Below the pieces are notes generated by a model. The model saw only the letters and a program-made list of their open reading frames with translations, was not told the DNA's origin and ran no database searches. A program made the position numbers and the translations under genes. This document shows, piece after piece, positions 9,116-18,800 of a DNA stretch of 64,000 nt. The stretch lies in the IMG/VR virus record IMGVR_UViG_3300025630_000012. The stretch is one strand, 5' to 3'. Origin of the DNA: an uncultured virus (IMG/VR IMGVR_UViG_3300025630_000012). Taxonomy: Duplodnaviria > Heunggongvirae > Uroviricota > Caudoviricetes. The first letter of the stretch is position 1, and every line of letters begins with the position of its first letter.

Positions 9116-9392
9116 AGAGATTGCTGATGACTACCCTGAAATTTGGAATGCCTTGGAGGTTGTCTTTGCTTGCCCCAAGGATGTTAAATGCGAAATGTGT
9201 TTTCTCATTGAGAAAGTCGCGCCAATTCTTTTGCAGGGTAGCAAGGCAGATGTCAAATACTCAATGGAGGAAGCCGAAGCCGTCAGTAGCATATTGTATG
9301 GCGCACTTCCGAGAACCCACAATTGTGATTGCGGTCTGAAACAGGCTCTAAATGAAATTAGTGGGGCACATAGAAAGCGTCTACCCGATTAA
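9054..9392 (+). CDS. hypothetical protein, possible zinc binder
   Basis: C..CEMC and HNCDC. Confidence 0.6.
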   Translation: MIDLRLPQNEEERVRLWKKFEEIADDYPEIWNALEVVFACPKDVKCEMCFLIEKVAPILLQGSKADVKYSMEEAEAVSSILYGALPRTHNCDCGLKQALNEISGAHRKRLPD

Positions 9393-9645
9393 GGATGGCA
9401 TAAGCACACTTGTGGTAAGCAAGAAGTGGAAGAATCAGCCACGCGAAGAAATTGCCTTCACCCTTTTTGGTGATTGGGATGAAAAGTTACAAGAGTTTGA
9501 TTTGGGAGACCAAGTGGAGGTGACTTTTCAGATAAAGACCAAATTCGTGGGCGACAGGTATTATACTGACTTGATTTGCAGGAAGATACGCATGATTCAT
9601 AAAACAAGTAAGGGACAAAGTTCATTAGATTTCGGAAAGCAATGA
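9352..9645 (+). CDS. DUF3127-like OB-fold (SSB-like) protein
   Basis: IAFTLFGD...GDQVEVTFQIK..RYYTDL. Confidence 0.7.
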   Translation: MKLVGHIESVYPIKDGISTLVVSKKWKNQPREEIAFTLFGDWDEKLQEFDLGDQVEVTFQIKTKFVGDRYYTDLICRKIRMIHKTSKGQSSLDFGKQ

Positions 9646-10175
9646 AGCAAGTAGACACCATCCTGCCCAAGAACAAGACGAAAACCTTTCTCAAAAGAGG
9701 CTACGATAAGTATTGCGATACGGCATTGAGCATCGTAGAAGACGTATTTGAGTGTCAAGCGGTATCTTCGAGCAGAGCCAAGTTTGAAAAGGCTTGGATT
9801 GATGCGGTTTTAGTCAGAGAGGGAGAGGTTAAGGCTTGTGTGGATGTCAAGAGCCGAAACATGGATTTTGAGAGGCTTAAAGGCTTGGGTTCGTTGCTCG
9901 TTAGCTTTGACAAAATCAACAAGGGAACGATGATAGCATCGAAGGGGTTTGAAGCCCCATTTTTCATCTTCGCAGTTCTGATTCCCGACCAACGCATTTT
10001 CTTTTGGAAAGTGAGCGACGAAAAAGGCAACTTTTTGATGCCCATGAAGGTCGAATCACGCAAAACACCATTCAATTGTGCAGGTGGCGAGAAGATAGAT
10101 AACGTCATTCACCTCCCTATTGACAAAATGAGAGAGGTCTACTTCAACAAAGAAGATTATTTTTTGTCCCTGTAA
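9642..10175 (+). CDS. PD-(D/E)xK nuclease-like protein
   Basis: WIDAV...CVDVKSR catalytic pattern. Confidence 0.65.
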   Translation: MKQVDTILPKNKTKTFLKRGYDKYCDTALSIVEDVFECQAVSSSRAKFEKAWIDAVLVREGEVKACVDVKSRNMDFERLKGLGSLLVSFDKINKGTMIASKGFEAPFFIFAVLIPDQRIFFWKVSDEKGNFLMPMKVESRKTPFNCAGGEKIDNVIHLPIDKMREVYFNKEDYFLSL

Positions 10176-10204
10176 GGGGTATTATGGGCAATAACGGGCT
10201 TATT

Positions 10205-10414
10205 TTAAGAAACGCTCGTTGACTCCATATTCAGGCGTTCAAGGCGGGAAACGCGCTCTTCCAAATCCGAATGATTTTCAAGGTTTTTAATGAACTTTGA
10301 ATAGAAATATATTTGGTAAATTAGCACGAAAGTTGTGAGCGCGAAAAGCCCCACGCCAAGCGTCGATGCCTTACCACTCTTGTCGAGGTATTGTGATGGG
10401 ATTTGAGCCGCCAT
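10205..10414 (-). CDS. small membrane protein
   Basis: One TM helix followed by a coiled coil; ATG at 10414. Confidence 0.65.
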   Translation of the reverse strand: MAAQIPSQYLDKSGKASTLGVGLFALTTFVLIYQIYFYSKFIKNLENHSDLEERVSRLERLNMESTSVS

Positions 10415-10441
10415 GATTTTGGTTTTGAACAAAAATACAAA

Positions 10442-10777
10442 ATGAGCAAGCGTTATCGCGGAGAACTCCTGAAAGGCCCAAGCCACAAAGAAGGCGGAAT
10501 ACCCGTCGAAGTTGCCGATTCTCACATGGTTGAGATGGAAGGTGGCGAAGGTGTGGTAAACAAACGTAGTATGTCGTCAAAGAAGACCTACAACTTTGAG
10601 GGTGAAGAAGCTACGACCTGCGAAATAGTGAGCGAACTGAATCAAAAAGAAGGCGATGGTGTTGCTTTTGATTGCGATTCAGTAGAGGGCAAAAAATATA
10701 GATTCTCAAAAGGAGGGGTAATTAAAGGAATGTGGTTTATCCCCGACATTAAATACCACATCTTTCAACTTTACTGA
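10442..10777 (+). CDS. conserved phage protein (GPSHxxGGI...EMEGGE domain)
   Basis: Motif seen in phage virion/internal proteins; FSKGG near the C-terminus. Confidence 0.7.
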   Translation: MSKRYRGELLKGPSHKEGGIPVEVADSHMVEMEGGEGVVNKRSMSSKKTYNFEGEEATTCEIVSELNQKEGDGVAFDCDSVEGKKYRFSKGGVIKGMWFIPDIKYHIFQLY

Positions 10778-10779
10778 AA

Positions 10780-12795
10780 ATGGCACAAGAAGCAATTTTT
10801 TCGGGCGACAGGATGATTTCGCTCGTGAAACAACTGATACGATATGACATCCCTTTCCTGTTACTTGGAAAGTCGTCAATAGGTAAGTCGTATTCAATTA
10901 TCGAAATGACCAAAAGGTGGCGTATGCCCAAATCATTGTTGTACATAGGCTCTGAAAAGCCATCCAACATCGAAGGGCTACCTCGTCTCACGGGCACACG
11001 CGCGGGAGGGGATACCTTGGAATTTTACAAGCCCAATTGGTTTCCAAACACCTACCTCATCGAAGCCTACGTGACTAACGGAAAAAAACTCATTGACGAA
11101 TACCTTACGGGTTACTACGATGGGGACAAGGCAGGTTGCCAAAGCGGAAAAAACTTCCCCGAACTCCACAACATTTTTGAAGGATTAGGTGCGTGGGATT
11201 GGGAAAGCAACATTTCGACCAAAGAGGAATTGCAAATTGCGAACGTGTCGTCTCAAAAACTTGCAGATAGTTTCTTGAACAAGAAAGGATTTCCCGTTGA
11301 GCGTCAGCTTTATAGCGATGCAGAGTTGTTCAAATTGCAAAATCAGGCTTACGAGGCGGGCGAAGATGGCATCGTTGTTAGAGACGATATACGCGATATG
11401 TGTCTCTATTTATCTACCTTACTTGGATACGGAAACTATTGGCTTATCCTCGACGAACTTGACAAGGTAGACGAGTCAGAGCAAGACAAGTACGCACCTC
11501 TTCTGCACATCGTAAGGGAGAGAATCATTAAGGAGTATTCAATGCGTACCTTGAATGAAGGAAAGGGCGCGGGAGTTCCGCGTAAGGTTCTTTCGGGTGG
11601 TGATTATAGTGGGGTTAAGGGGGATTTGGATAAGTCGATTGACTTAAAGATGCCCTTGTTAGACACGCGAATTATTGGAATCGCCAACGCTACGGCAGAC
11701 ATAGAAGATGCTTTATTCAGACGTTTCTGCCATCTTATTGTAGAAGAAATCATGTACGTCACGCCACCGAGCAACGAATTGAAGGGTATGCGTGATTGTT
11801 TATCCGAAGTAGCGTCTGATAGCAATGCAGAGGCACTTCTCGAAGGACTTGATTTCAAACTTTTGAACGAAGTCAACCTGCAATGGCAGTTTGGGTTCTT
11901 GCCCACGATGACTAACAAGAATGATGCGTTCAACAACTATATCTACCAAGATTTTATGTTGACGTATGGCAAAGCAGGTCTGCCAACGGGTACACAAAAC
12001 GCGATTATGGCGGGGCAAAAATCGTCGCAGGAAATGCTTTATTCAGAAACAAAATCTTCCGCCCTTTTCAAGATTATCAGAAACAACTTTGGGGTTGATG
12101 ATGATATGACAGGCGGTCAAAGCATGGCTCTTCAAAAAGGGATATACCGATGCTTGGCACAAGCCATGATTGGAGGTAGCGGTGTTGCCTCACAAAGAAC
12201 GGAAGGTGTCGTATCCCAAAAAACCACAGAGGAGGTTGAATTGTCAGCTATTCAACAAAGGATAGCAGACGCTTTGGAGGCATCAGATGGAAATGCGGAA
12301 GACGCAACGACATTCTTGCTTGCCGAGCAACAGGAAAAAATCAAAGATGCCAACCAAAACACCAAGCAGATAGAATGGTTGCGAGAGACCTTTGCTCTTG
12401 TCGAAGCAAGTAAAGAGACATCGCTCTTTGAACCAATGTTGAAGCAGTTCTACCCCATTGTCCTCCTGCACATTGCAACACACGCAAAGAATGAGGACAC
12501 CATGAACAAAAATTTGGTTTTCTTAAATGAGTTCATAGAAGGAATCCAAGACGATGCTGAAATCTATGAGGTGGAAGGTGCTGATAAGGTATCAGATGCA
12601 GTATTGTCCAAGCTAAACATGGTTCGAGCCTTAACCTTCGTGATGGGAGATTGGTCAAATCGACTCGCGCCAACTATCCGTGGTCTTAAAAAAATCGGTG
12701 ATAAAAAGTCCGCGCTTGCAATTTTGTCCTTTATGACTAAAAAACTGCCAAAATTCAAGGATAAATTTGATGCCTTGAAAAGCACTTTGAAATAA
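10780..12795 (+). CDS. MoxR-like AAA+ ATPase
   Basis: Walker A GKSSIGKS, Walker B LILDELDK, sensor-1 IGIAN, Arg finger DALFRRF. Confidence 0.85.
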   Translation: MAQEAIFSGDRMISLVKQLIRYDIPFLLLGKSSIGKSYSIIEMTKRWRMPKSLLYIGSEKPSNIEGLPRLTGTRAGGDTLEFYKPNWFPNTYLIEAYVTNGKKLIDEYLTGYYDGDKAGCQSGKNFPELHNIFEGLGAWDWESNISTKEELQIANVSSQKLADSFLNKKGFPVERQLYSDAELFKLQNQAYEAGEDGIVVRDDIRDMCLYLSTLLGYGNYWLILDELDKVDESEQDKYAPLLHIVRERIIKEYSMRTLNEGKGAGVPRKVLSGGDYSGVKGDLDKSIDLKMPLLDTRIIGIANATADIEDALFRRFCHLIVEEIMYVTPPSNELKGMRDCLSEVASDSNAEALLEGLDFKLLNEVNLQWQFGFLPTMTNKNDAFNNYIYQDFMLTYGKAGLPTGTQNAIMAGQKSSQEMLYSETKSSALFKIIRNNFGVDDDMTGGQSMALQKGIYRCLAQAMIGGSGVASQRTEGVVSQKTTEEVELSAIQQRIADALEASDGNAEDATTFLLAEQQEKIKDANQNTKQIEWLRETFALVEASKETSLFEPMLKQFYPIVLLHIATHAKNEDTMNKNLVFLNEFIEGIQDDAEIYEVEGADKVSDAVLSKLNMVRALTFVMGDWSNRLAPTIRGLKKIGDKKSALAILSFMTKKLPKFKDKFDALKSTLK

Positions 12796-12802
12796 AACGT
12801 AA

Positions 12803-13948
12803 ATGGCTCTCAACGTAAATATGCCTGATGCTCCTTTTGAGGACTTCGACTCATTCTACACGTGGTACTTGGGCGAGGTAGACAAAAACCTACCCGTCAG
12901 TATTCAGGAGGTGTTGGCTTCGGGAAATCCTTCGGGATATTCTATGATGTTGCCTCATTGGAGTGATGAACAAGAGGCAGAGGTATATGATTTCGTGAGT
13001 AAGTTGGTCAGTTTTCCTGACGATGTTTATTTGGAGTATGACCCCGAATGCCATACCATTTATAGCCGTTGGGATACTTCGGATGCTGTTTACAGAATTG
13101 CGCTGAACACACCAATGTATTTCTTCATGGCATACCCTCCCATTTTGAATGCGGGAATGGTGCATGAGTTTGGGCACATCTTCAATGGTGATTGTCTCAA
13201 CCACATTCCGTGTCATGGTCAATGCTCAAACATTTGTTGTGATGTGAGAATCAACGCAGGAATTGAGGAGAGGCTATTGGATGAGTTGTATTCAGCCATT
13301 TTCTACGTTCGCGGTGAATGCCCCTTTACACCAAGTCGTTGGTATCCAAAATATGGATTGCCTGTAAACGAAGCAGGATGGCCTTTTGAAATTGCCCATA
13401 ACGCATACCATCGAAAGCACCCCGAAGACGATTGTACGCCTCCTGAAAATCCACCCACAGGAGGGACACCAACACCAACAGGAGGGGGCGGCACGGAAGG
13501 CGGCACACCAACACCAAGTGGAGGAGGTGGCACGGAAGGTGGCGAAGGGGGCGAAGGTGGGAATACGCCAACCGAAGGCGCGAATAAGGCTAAAAACACG
13601 CCCGTGGGACAAGGTGGCGGAAGCCGTAAGCAACCCGTCAAACCAAAAGGTGGTGAAGGCGGTGAAGGCGGTGAAGGCGGTGAAGGCGGTGAAGGCGGTG
13701 AAGGCGGTGAAGGTGGCGAAGGTGGCGAAGGCGGTGAAGGCGGTGAAGGCGGTACGGAAACCTCACCCGCGCAGAAGAAAATTCAAGAAAAAATTGCCAA
13801 GAATAAAATCAAGGCAAACATTAGAAAGAGCATAGAGGGTCTTGAAGCACTTATCGACACGCAGGGCGTAACCGAAAAGGAGCGTGGTGCTCTAAAAAGA
13901 CGCATCGAGTCCTTTGAAGAATTAGCAAAACAATTAGACGCAGAGTGA
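12803..13948 (+). CDS. HExxH metallopeptidase-like protein (DUF2201 N-terminal-like) with Gly/Glu linker
   Basis: VHEFGH followed by NICCDVRIN; GGE repeats. Confidence 0.75.
   Translation: MALNVNMPDAPFEDFDSFYTWYLGEVDKNLPVSIQEVLASGNPSGYSMMLPHWSDEQEAEVYDFVSKLVSFPDDVYLEYDPECHTIYSRWDTSDAVYRIALNTPMYFFMAYPPILNAGMVHEFGHIFNGDCLNHIPCHGQCSNICCDVRINAGIEERLLDELYSAIFYVRGECPFTPSRWYPKYGLPVNEAGWPFEIAHNAYHRKHPEDDCTPPENPPTGGTPTPTGGGGTEGGTPTPSGGGGTEGGEGGEGGNTPTEGANKAKNTPVGQGGGSRKQPVKPKGGEGGEGGEGGEGGEGGEGGEGGEGGEGGEGGEGGTETSPAQKKIQEKIAKNKIKANIRKSIEGLEALIDTQGVTEKERGALKRRIESFEELAKQLDAE
13649..13753 (+). repeat. 9-bp coding tandem repeat (GGE)n
   Basis: GGYGGYGAA, about 11 copies. Confidence 0.9.
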
Positions 13949-14934
13949 TGACGGCAGAAGAAGCATTAAAGAAGTACAATTCAGTATTGGATAAGGCTCG
14001 TGATGTCGTTAGCCCGATTCTCACGCGCATAGAAAATTCGGAGTCCGCAGTAACGCAAAGCACCCGTGAAGATACGGGTAGTATTTACAAGACGTGCGGA
14101 ACGCTGAAAAAAGTACCTAACTACACCCCCGTAGAGATTGAGAAGGCGATAAAAAAACAAGAAGACATCATTCAGCAGGTAGAGGAAAATCCGTTTGATT
14201 TTCCCGAAGCCTCAAAGATGAGAGAGGCCAACAATCCCGGCACAGGTACGGGAGATAAGAGGGAAAATAGAGAGCTTCCACAAATAGGAAAGCCCAAATG
14301 GTTGCGCGAGTTAACAAACATCGTAAAAGGCTTTGGAAAGCCCATTAGAAAGCGTTCCAAGGACTACTACGATATTGAAAGCCTCGTAAGAAACGTGCCC
14401 GAAAAGCAACCCGAAAAGAAGAAGCGTAGGGGCGACCTTGTGTTCACGATTGTAGACACTTCGGGTTCTATGATGCAAGCGTCATCAACAGGTTTGTCTT
14501 TCATGGAGGAGATGGCAAAGTATGTCGCACCCATCGTGAAGGACTACGATGGATATGTCTATGTGATTGATACCGAAATCAAAGACATCTTCAAGAATAG
14601 CGATGTCCGTAAGGCAATGGCAAATGCAAAAAGGAATGCCCTCACGCTTTCAGGGGGCGGAGGGACGGATTTCGACGTAGCATATCAGGACATCATTCGT
14701 CGGAAAAGGGCAGAGAAGTTCGAGTGTTTGGTTATCGTTCTTACCGATGGCGGTGTGTTTATAGACCCTGCGATGGTTCAAGAACTCGATAGTTCCATCT
14801 TCGTTATGCCCGATAGCGAATTGCAATTATTTGAGAGGATGAATCCCAACATCTTGCCTATGGTGGCGAGCGACAAATACCCCGCAGTACAAATCGTGGC
14901 GGTGGACTTCAAGTTAGAAAAACTACAAGGATGA
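13948..14934 (+). CDS. VWA (MIDAS) domain protein
   Basis: VDTSGSM, GGGGTDF, VLTDG. Confidence 0.88.
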   Translation: MTAEEALKKYNSVLDKARDVVSPILTRIENSESAVTQSTREDTGSIYKTCGTLKKVPNYTPVEIEKAIKKQEDIIQQVEENPFDFPEASKMREANNPGTGTGDKRENRELPQIGKPKWLRELTNIVKGFGKPIRKRSKDYYDIESLVRNVPEKQPEKKKRRGDLVFTIVDTSGSMMQASSTGLSFMEEMAKYVAPIVKDYDGYVYVIDTEIKDIFKNSDVRKAMANAKRNALTLSGGGGTDFDVAYQDIIRRKRAEKFECLVIVLTDGGVFIDPAMVQELDSSIFVMPDSELQLFERMNPNILPMVASDKYPAVQIVAVDFKLEKLQG

Positions 14935-15641
14935 CTGAAAGAGAAAAAATAAATAGAAGCATAGAGTCGGCTATCTTGAATAAGCCAAACAACTATGTCT
15001 ATACCACATCTGACCTCATCTTCTTTCAGAAGTATGACAAGTGCGAAGACGCGGGTCTCGACGAGGCTATGGTCTTTGGTAAGTTGTGGGATGAGGCTTT
15101 TGATATGATTGACGGAAACAAAGCGGAAAATCGTTTTGACGGAAAGGTCTTGGTAACTCACGGAGGCGGTGGCAAGGCTATCACTTCCGCTCCACAAGGG
15201 GCTTCGTTTCACGTCTTTAACAACGACTATTTCTGCCACGTCATCACAAAGGCTCTCACGAGCGGGCGTATGCGCGAGAACTACATGAATTACGACTTCG
15301 GTAGCATCGCTGAATACTTCTACTTGGGCAATACCGATGGGTTGCCTCAATACGATTTGGTCATCACACATCCACCAAAACAATGTGGCCTTGCAGAACT
15401 TGATTATGATGAATCAATGTCGGAAGTGGCACAGGATAATGCCCGCGTCTACTTTGCGGTTCGTGGCTTCTCCTTTGTCAAACAAGGCGGAGCGATGATG
15501 GTAATTGTGCCCCGTGAAGAATATGTGGAGGTACACGAAAAAATAACAAACAAGTTGGTAGAAATGGAAGGTTTGTCCTTCGATTTTGAAGTGCCTACTA
15601 CGACAGGCGACGACTTCATCTTAAAGTACACGAGAATATGA
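14931..15641 (+). CDS. degenerate N6-adenine methyltransferase-like protein
   Basis: VLVTHGGGG (motif I-like), YDLVITHPPK (NPPY replaced), FVKQGGAMMVIVP. Confidence 0.6.
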   Translation: MTEREKINRSIESAILNKPNNYVYTTSDLIFFQKYDKCEDAGLDEAMVFGKLWDEAFDMIDGNKAENRFDGKVLVTHGGGGKAITSAPQGASFHVFNNDYFCHVITKALTSGRMRENYMNYDFGSIAEYFYLGNTDGLPQYDLVITHPPKQCGLAELDYDESMSEVAQDNARVYFAVRGFSFVKQGGAMMVIVPREEYVEVHEKITNKLVEMEGLSFDFEVPTTTGDDFILKYTRI

Positions 15642-15892
15642 GACCACTACCGAAATCATATATGTTGAGAAGCCCTCAACAAAGGCTTGCGATGCACGAG
15701 GAGATAGCGCAGACGTTGGATGACGTAAGTAGCACCTCTTTGCAAAACATCTACCGACAACTGCAAGATGTCAATGCAAAAAGAACTCTGATAAGAGAGA
15801 TTTTGATAAGCATGGATAAGGGCATGACGTTGGATGCCATTCTCGCGCAGATTGATACAACGATTCAGAACGACGCCTTATTTGAAGAATAA
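15638..15892 (+). CDS. hypothetical helical protein
   Basis: Coupled on both sides. Confidence 0.7.
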   Translation: MRPLPKSYMLRSPQQRLAMHEEIAQTLDDVSSTSLQNIYRQLQDVNAKRTLIREILISMDKGMTLDAILAQIDTTIQNDALFEE

Positions 15893-18800
15893 TGGATATT
15901 AGACAGATACAAAACGAGTTGAAGGCTTTGGAGTTACTCAATGACTCCGAAGCGGTAATCAACGATATTATGACCGCTACGGAGGGCGTAGAGCCTATGA
16001 ACGAGCGCGATAGAAAGGCTTGGATTCAAGACCACGCAATGCAGGGTCGTTTGAGATTGCTTGGCGACGCGGAGTATGAACTTATCTTCTGCGAAGAAAT
16101 TTCTAATGAAACATTGAAGTTACCACCCAATGCTTACGGCATTCGTGACGATGATTCAGGGCTTGGTGCTTTCTTGTTGAAGAAGTATAGCATCAATAAA
16201 ATCGTGGTTTCTTGCACCCTATACATGGCTTACAACGGGAAAGAAACTAATGCGGTGTTGTATCACGGAGCATACCCAATTTTGAGGCAAACGCCTAAAA
16301 AATTAGACGAAGTAACGGAACGTCAAGGGGGCAACGAATCAAAGTTTTGGAGAGAGGCATCAGCAAGTGTGTCGGTACAAAAAATTGGCCCGAACGATGT
16401 CATGGTGGCTAACTCTTGGCAAGATGAATTTATCAGGTATGAGAGCACGTCCGAACAAATTCGAAAAGACGCGCCTCCAAGCAATCTAATCCAAGAGGGT
16501 AAAGATTTATCAGAGCGTATCACCAACCTTCATTCGCTCAAACAAGAACTACCCCTTGCCGTATTCACCCTCTCCGAACAACAAAGAAAAGACCTTTCGA
16601 AATTTGCGGGCGAAGGCAGAAGCGTAAAAGTCGATGATGCTGATTTTGCGCAAGCCGTATTGAAATCCATTCCGACTTCGGATGGAGTGAGCATAGATAA
16701 ATGGGATTTGTTCGAATACAATTACCCAAATAATAAGGGAGGCGATGTATGGGCGGAAATTAGGCAGAAAAATACCCTTCTCAATCCCGTTAAGCTGATT
16801 GTAGATGGCAAATCATTTTTCTTTCCCGCACAAGCCATCAAACTCTTTTTGAATACCGCAGTAGGCTTGGAGTCAAGTCAGGAATTTCGTATTTGGAAAT
16901 CAGACAATGGAATCATTCTCGATGCAAGCGCGGTTTCGTTTAGAAAAATGACCATTCCTATTGATGGGGAATTAAGGGAGGTTAGTATCCCTGAAATTTC
17001 TCCTATCGCTTTGGAGATAAAGGACTACAACGTCTACCCTTCAACGTATGTGACGATTGACCTTGCGAACTTCTACGCCAAGCCTATGACCGCAGAAGAG
17101 TTTGAACTTACGCAGGTCGAGGTTCTTACACTTCCTAATGCCGTCCTTGCACGTCAGATGAGAGTGCCTCATGGGGACAAGCGTCTGCCAATGAGTGCAG
17201 TTTCACTTGATAAGTGGTCGAAAAGTACGCAGTCGTATAGTGACGCGGTAGAATTGATGAACGAGCACCTTGGATACTACACCAAGTTGAACGAGGTCGA
17301 GGTAAGGGTCAATAACAACGCTATCTATGAACAAACCCGTACTGCCGTAGCGAACAGGATGACCAAAAATGGGAAAGTGAATGAAGCCCGCTTTCGTGAG
17401 ATTATGTCAAAATATGCCTACACGATAGAGGAAACATTTTTCAACTTAAATCCTGATTTTTCTGACCCTGAAAAGTTGTTGGGGTATTTTTTGGGTATGG
17501 GGGTAAAGCCCAATGCTTTGTATCAAAACGATGTCAGTCCATACCGCCTGTTGTGTGCTCGTCTGCTTGGTATCGACTATGCAGTAAACTACTTGGCATT
17601 ATGCAAGCGCAGTTGTGTCAAGGGGCATTTGTTTATTGACGAATTTGATAAGGACGACAAACCCGTCTTTACATCCGCTGATACGTGGTTGGACAAGAAC
17701 ATTTTCCTGCGTGAATACACGCTGAAAGATTCGGAGTTCTTGGACAATTTGAATAAATTCTTTGGCGACGATGCGGCAGAGGTATTGGAGCATCATGAAA
17801 ACCTTCTCAAAGAGTTTTCGCCCAAGTTTATGAAGCTATATCATGGTACGCGACTTGATTACGAAAAGTTGGTTCGAAACAAGGGTGTTGGAAAAGCATA
17901 TCTGCCCGTTGTAAAGTCAAAAATCGACATTGAAGAAGAAGAGGGTCAAGAGGTCGCTACTACCGAAGCACAACCTTTCGATATGTCGCAAGAGGTGACG
18001 CGAATCACCACGACCAATGGCATATTTACCGATGAATTTGTCAGTGAATTATATAAGGAATTACTTCAATCAGGACATGGAAAACCATCGAGTGAATTCT
18101 TGGAAAGGTCGAGAGAAAAATTCATGGAAGAATTTGGTGTAAATAGATATGATAAGCCCGCTCGGTTGCAAGATGCGTCATATAATTACATGAGCAAAAC
18201 GGGCAATGACCTATATGGTAGAGCAAGCGACAAATTGCGCTACAATGCTCTTGACAAGTCAGAGTCGATACGATTTTTTTACGAAGAACCCGACGCGCCC
18301 AACGAAGGGCCGTGGCGTATCCTTGCCAACGGCATTACGATAACCAACAAAGAGTTGGGTGACAACGATGATGAGCGTAAGACCTTAATCATCAGACACT
18401 CGCGTAGTGACGACGCAATCAAAAGAGGAGGGTGGTCGAAAGTGAATAGCGAAAATATGCGGGATGTCTTATGGGGCTACGTACAGGACATACGCGACTT
18501 GGGCTACGAGGATGGTGATAGGCGGGCATTGGCAAAAATTATCGCAGATAGGGCTATTGGTCTTTACCGCGAAATTAAGTCCCAAGCTATGGTCGATGGT
18601 GCAGAGTTGCATAGCCTTGGTATAGCCCTTGCTTTGCCCGAAAATGAGGTGGGTGCATACGAGAAGATATTCAATCTTAAATACAACAATTTCTCATTGC
18701 CTCCTGTAAGCCGAGTACCTATATTCTTGGAAAATATGAGGCACTTCGGTGATTTGAGCAAGTTTGTAAGCGACTCATACCAAGAGGATGGACGCTTGGC

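Noticed and set aside
13386..13835. Alternative-frame ORF with (VKA)n repeats; also a collagen-like reading of (GGE)n
   Set aside because: The ORF is a frame artefact of the 9-bp repeat; GGE lacks Pro and is short, so a flexible linker is more likely.
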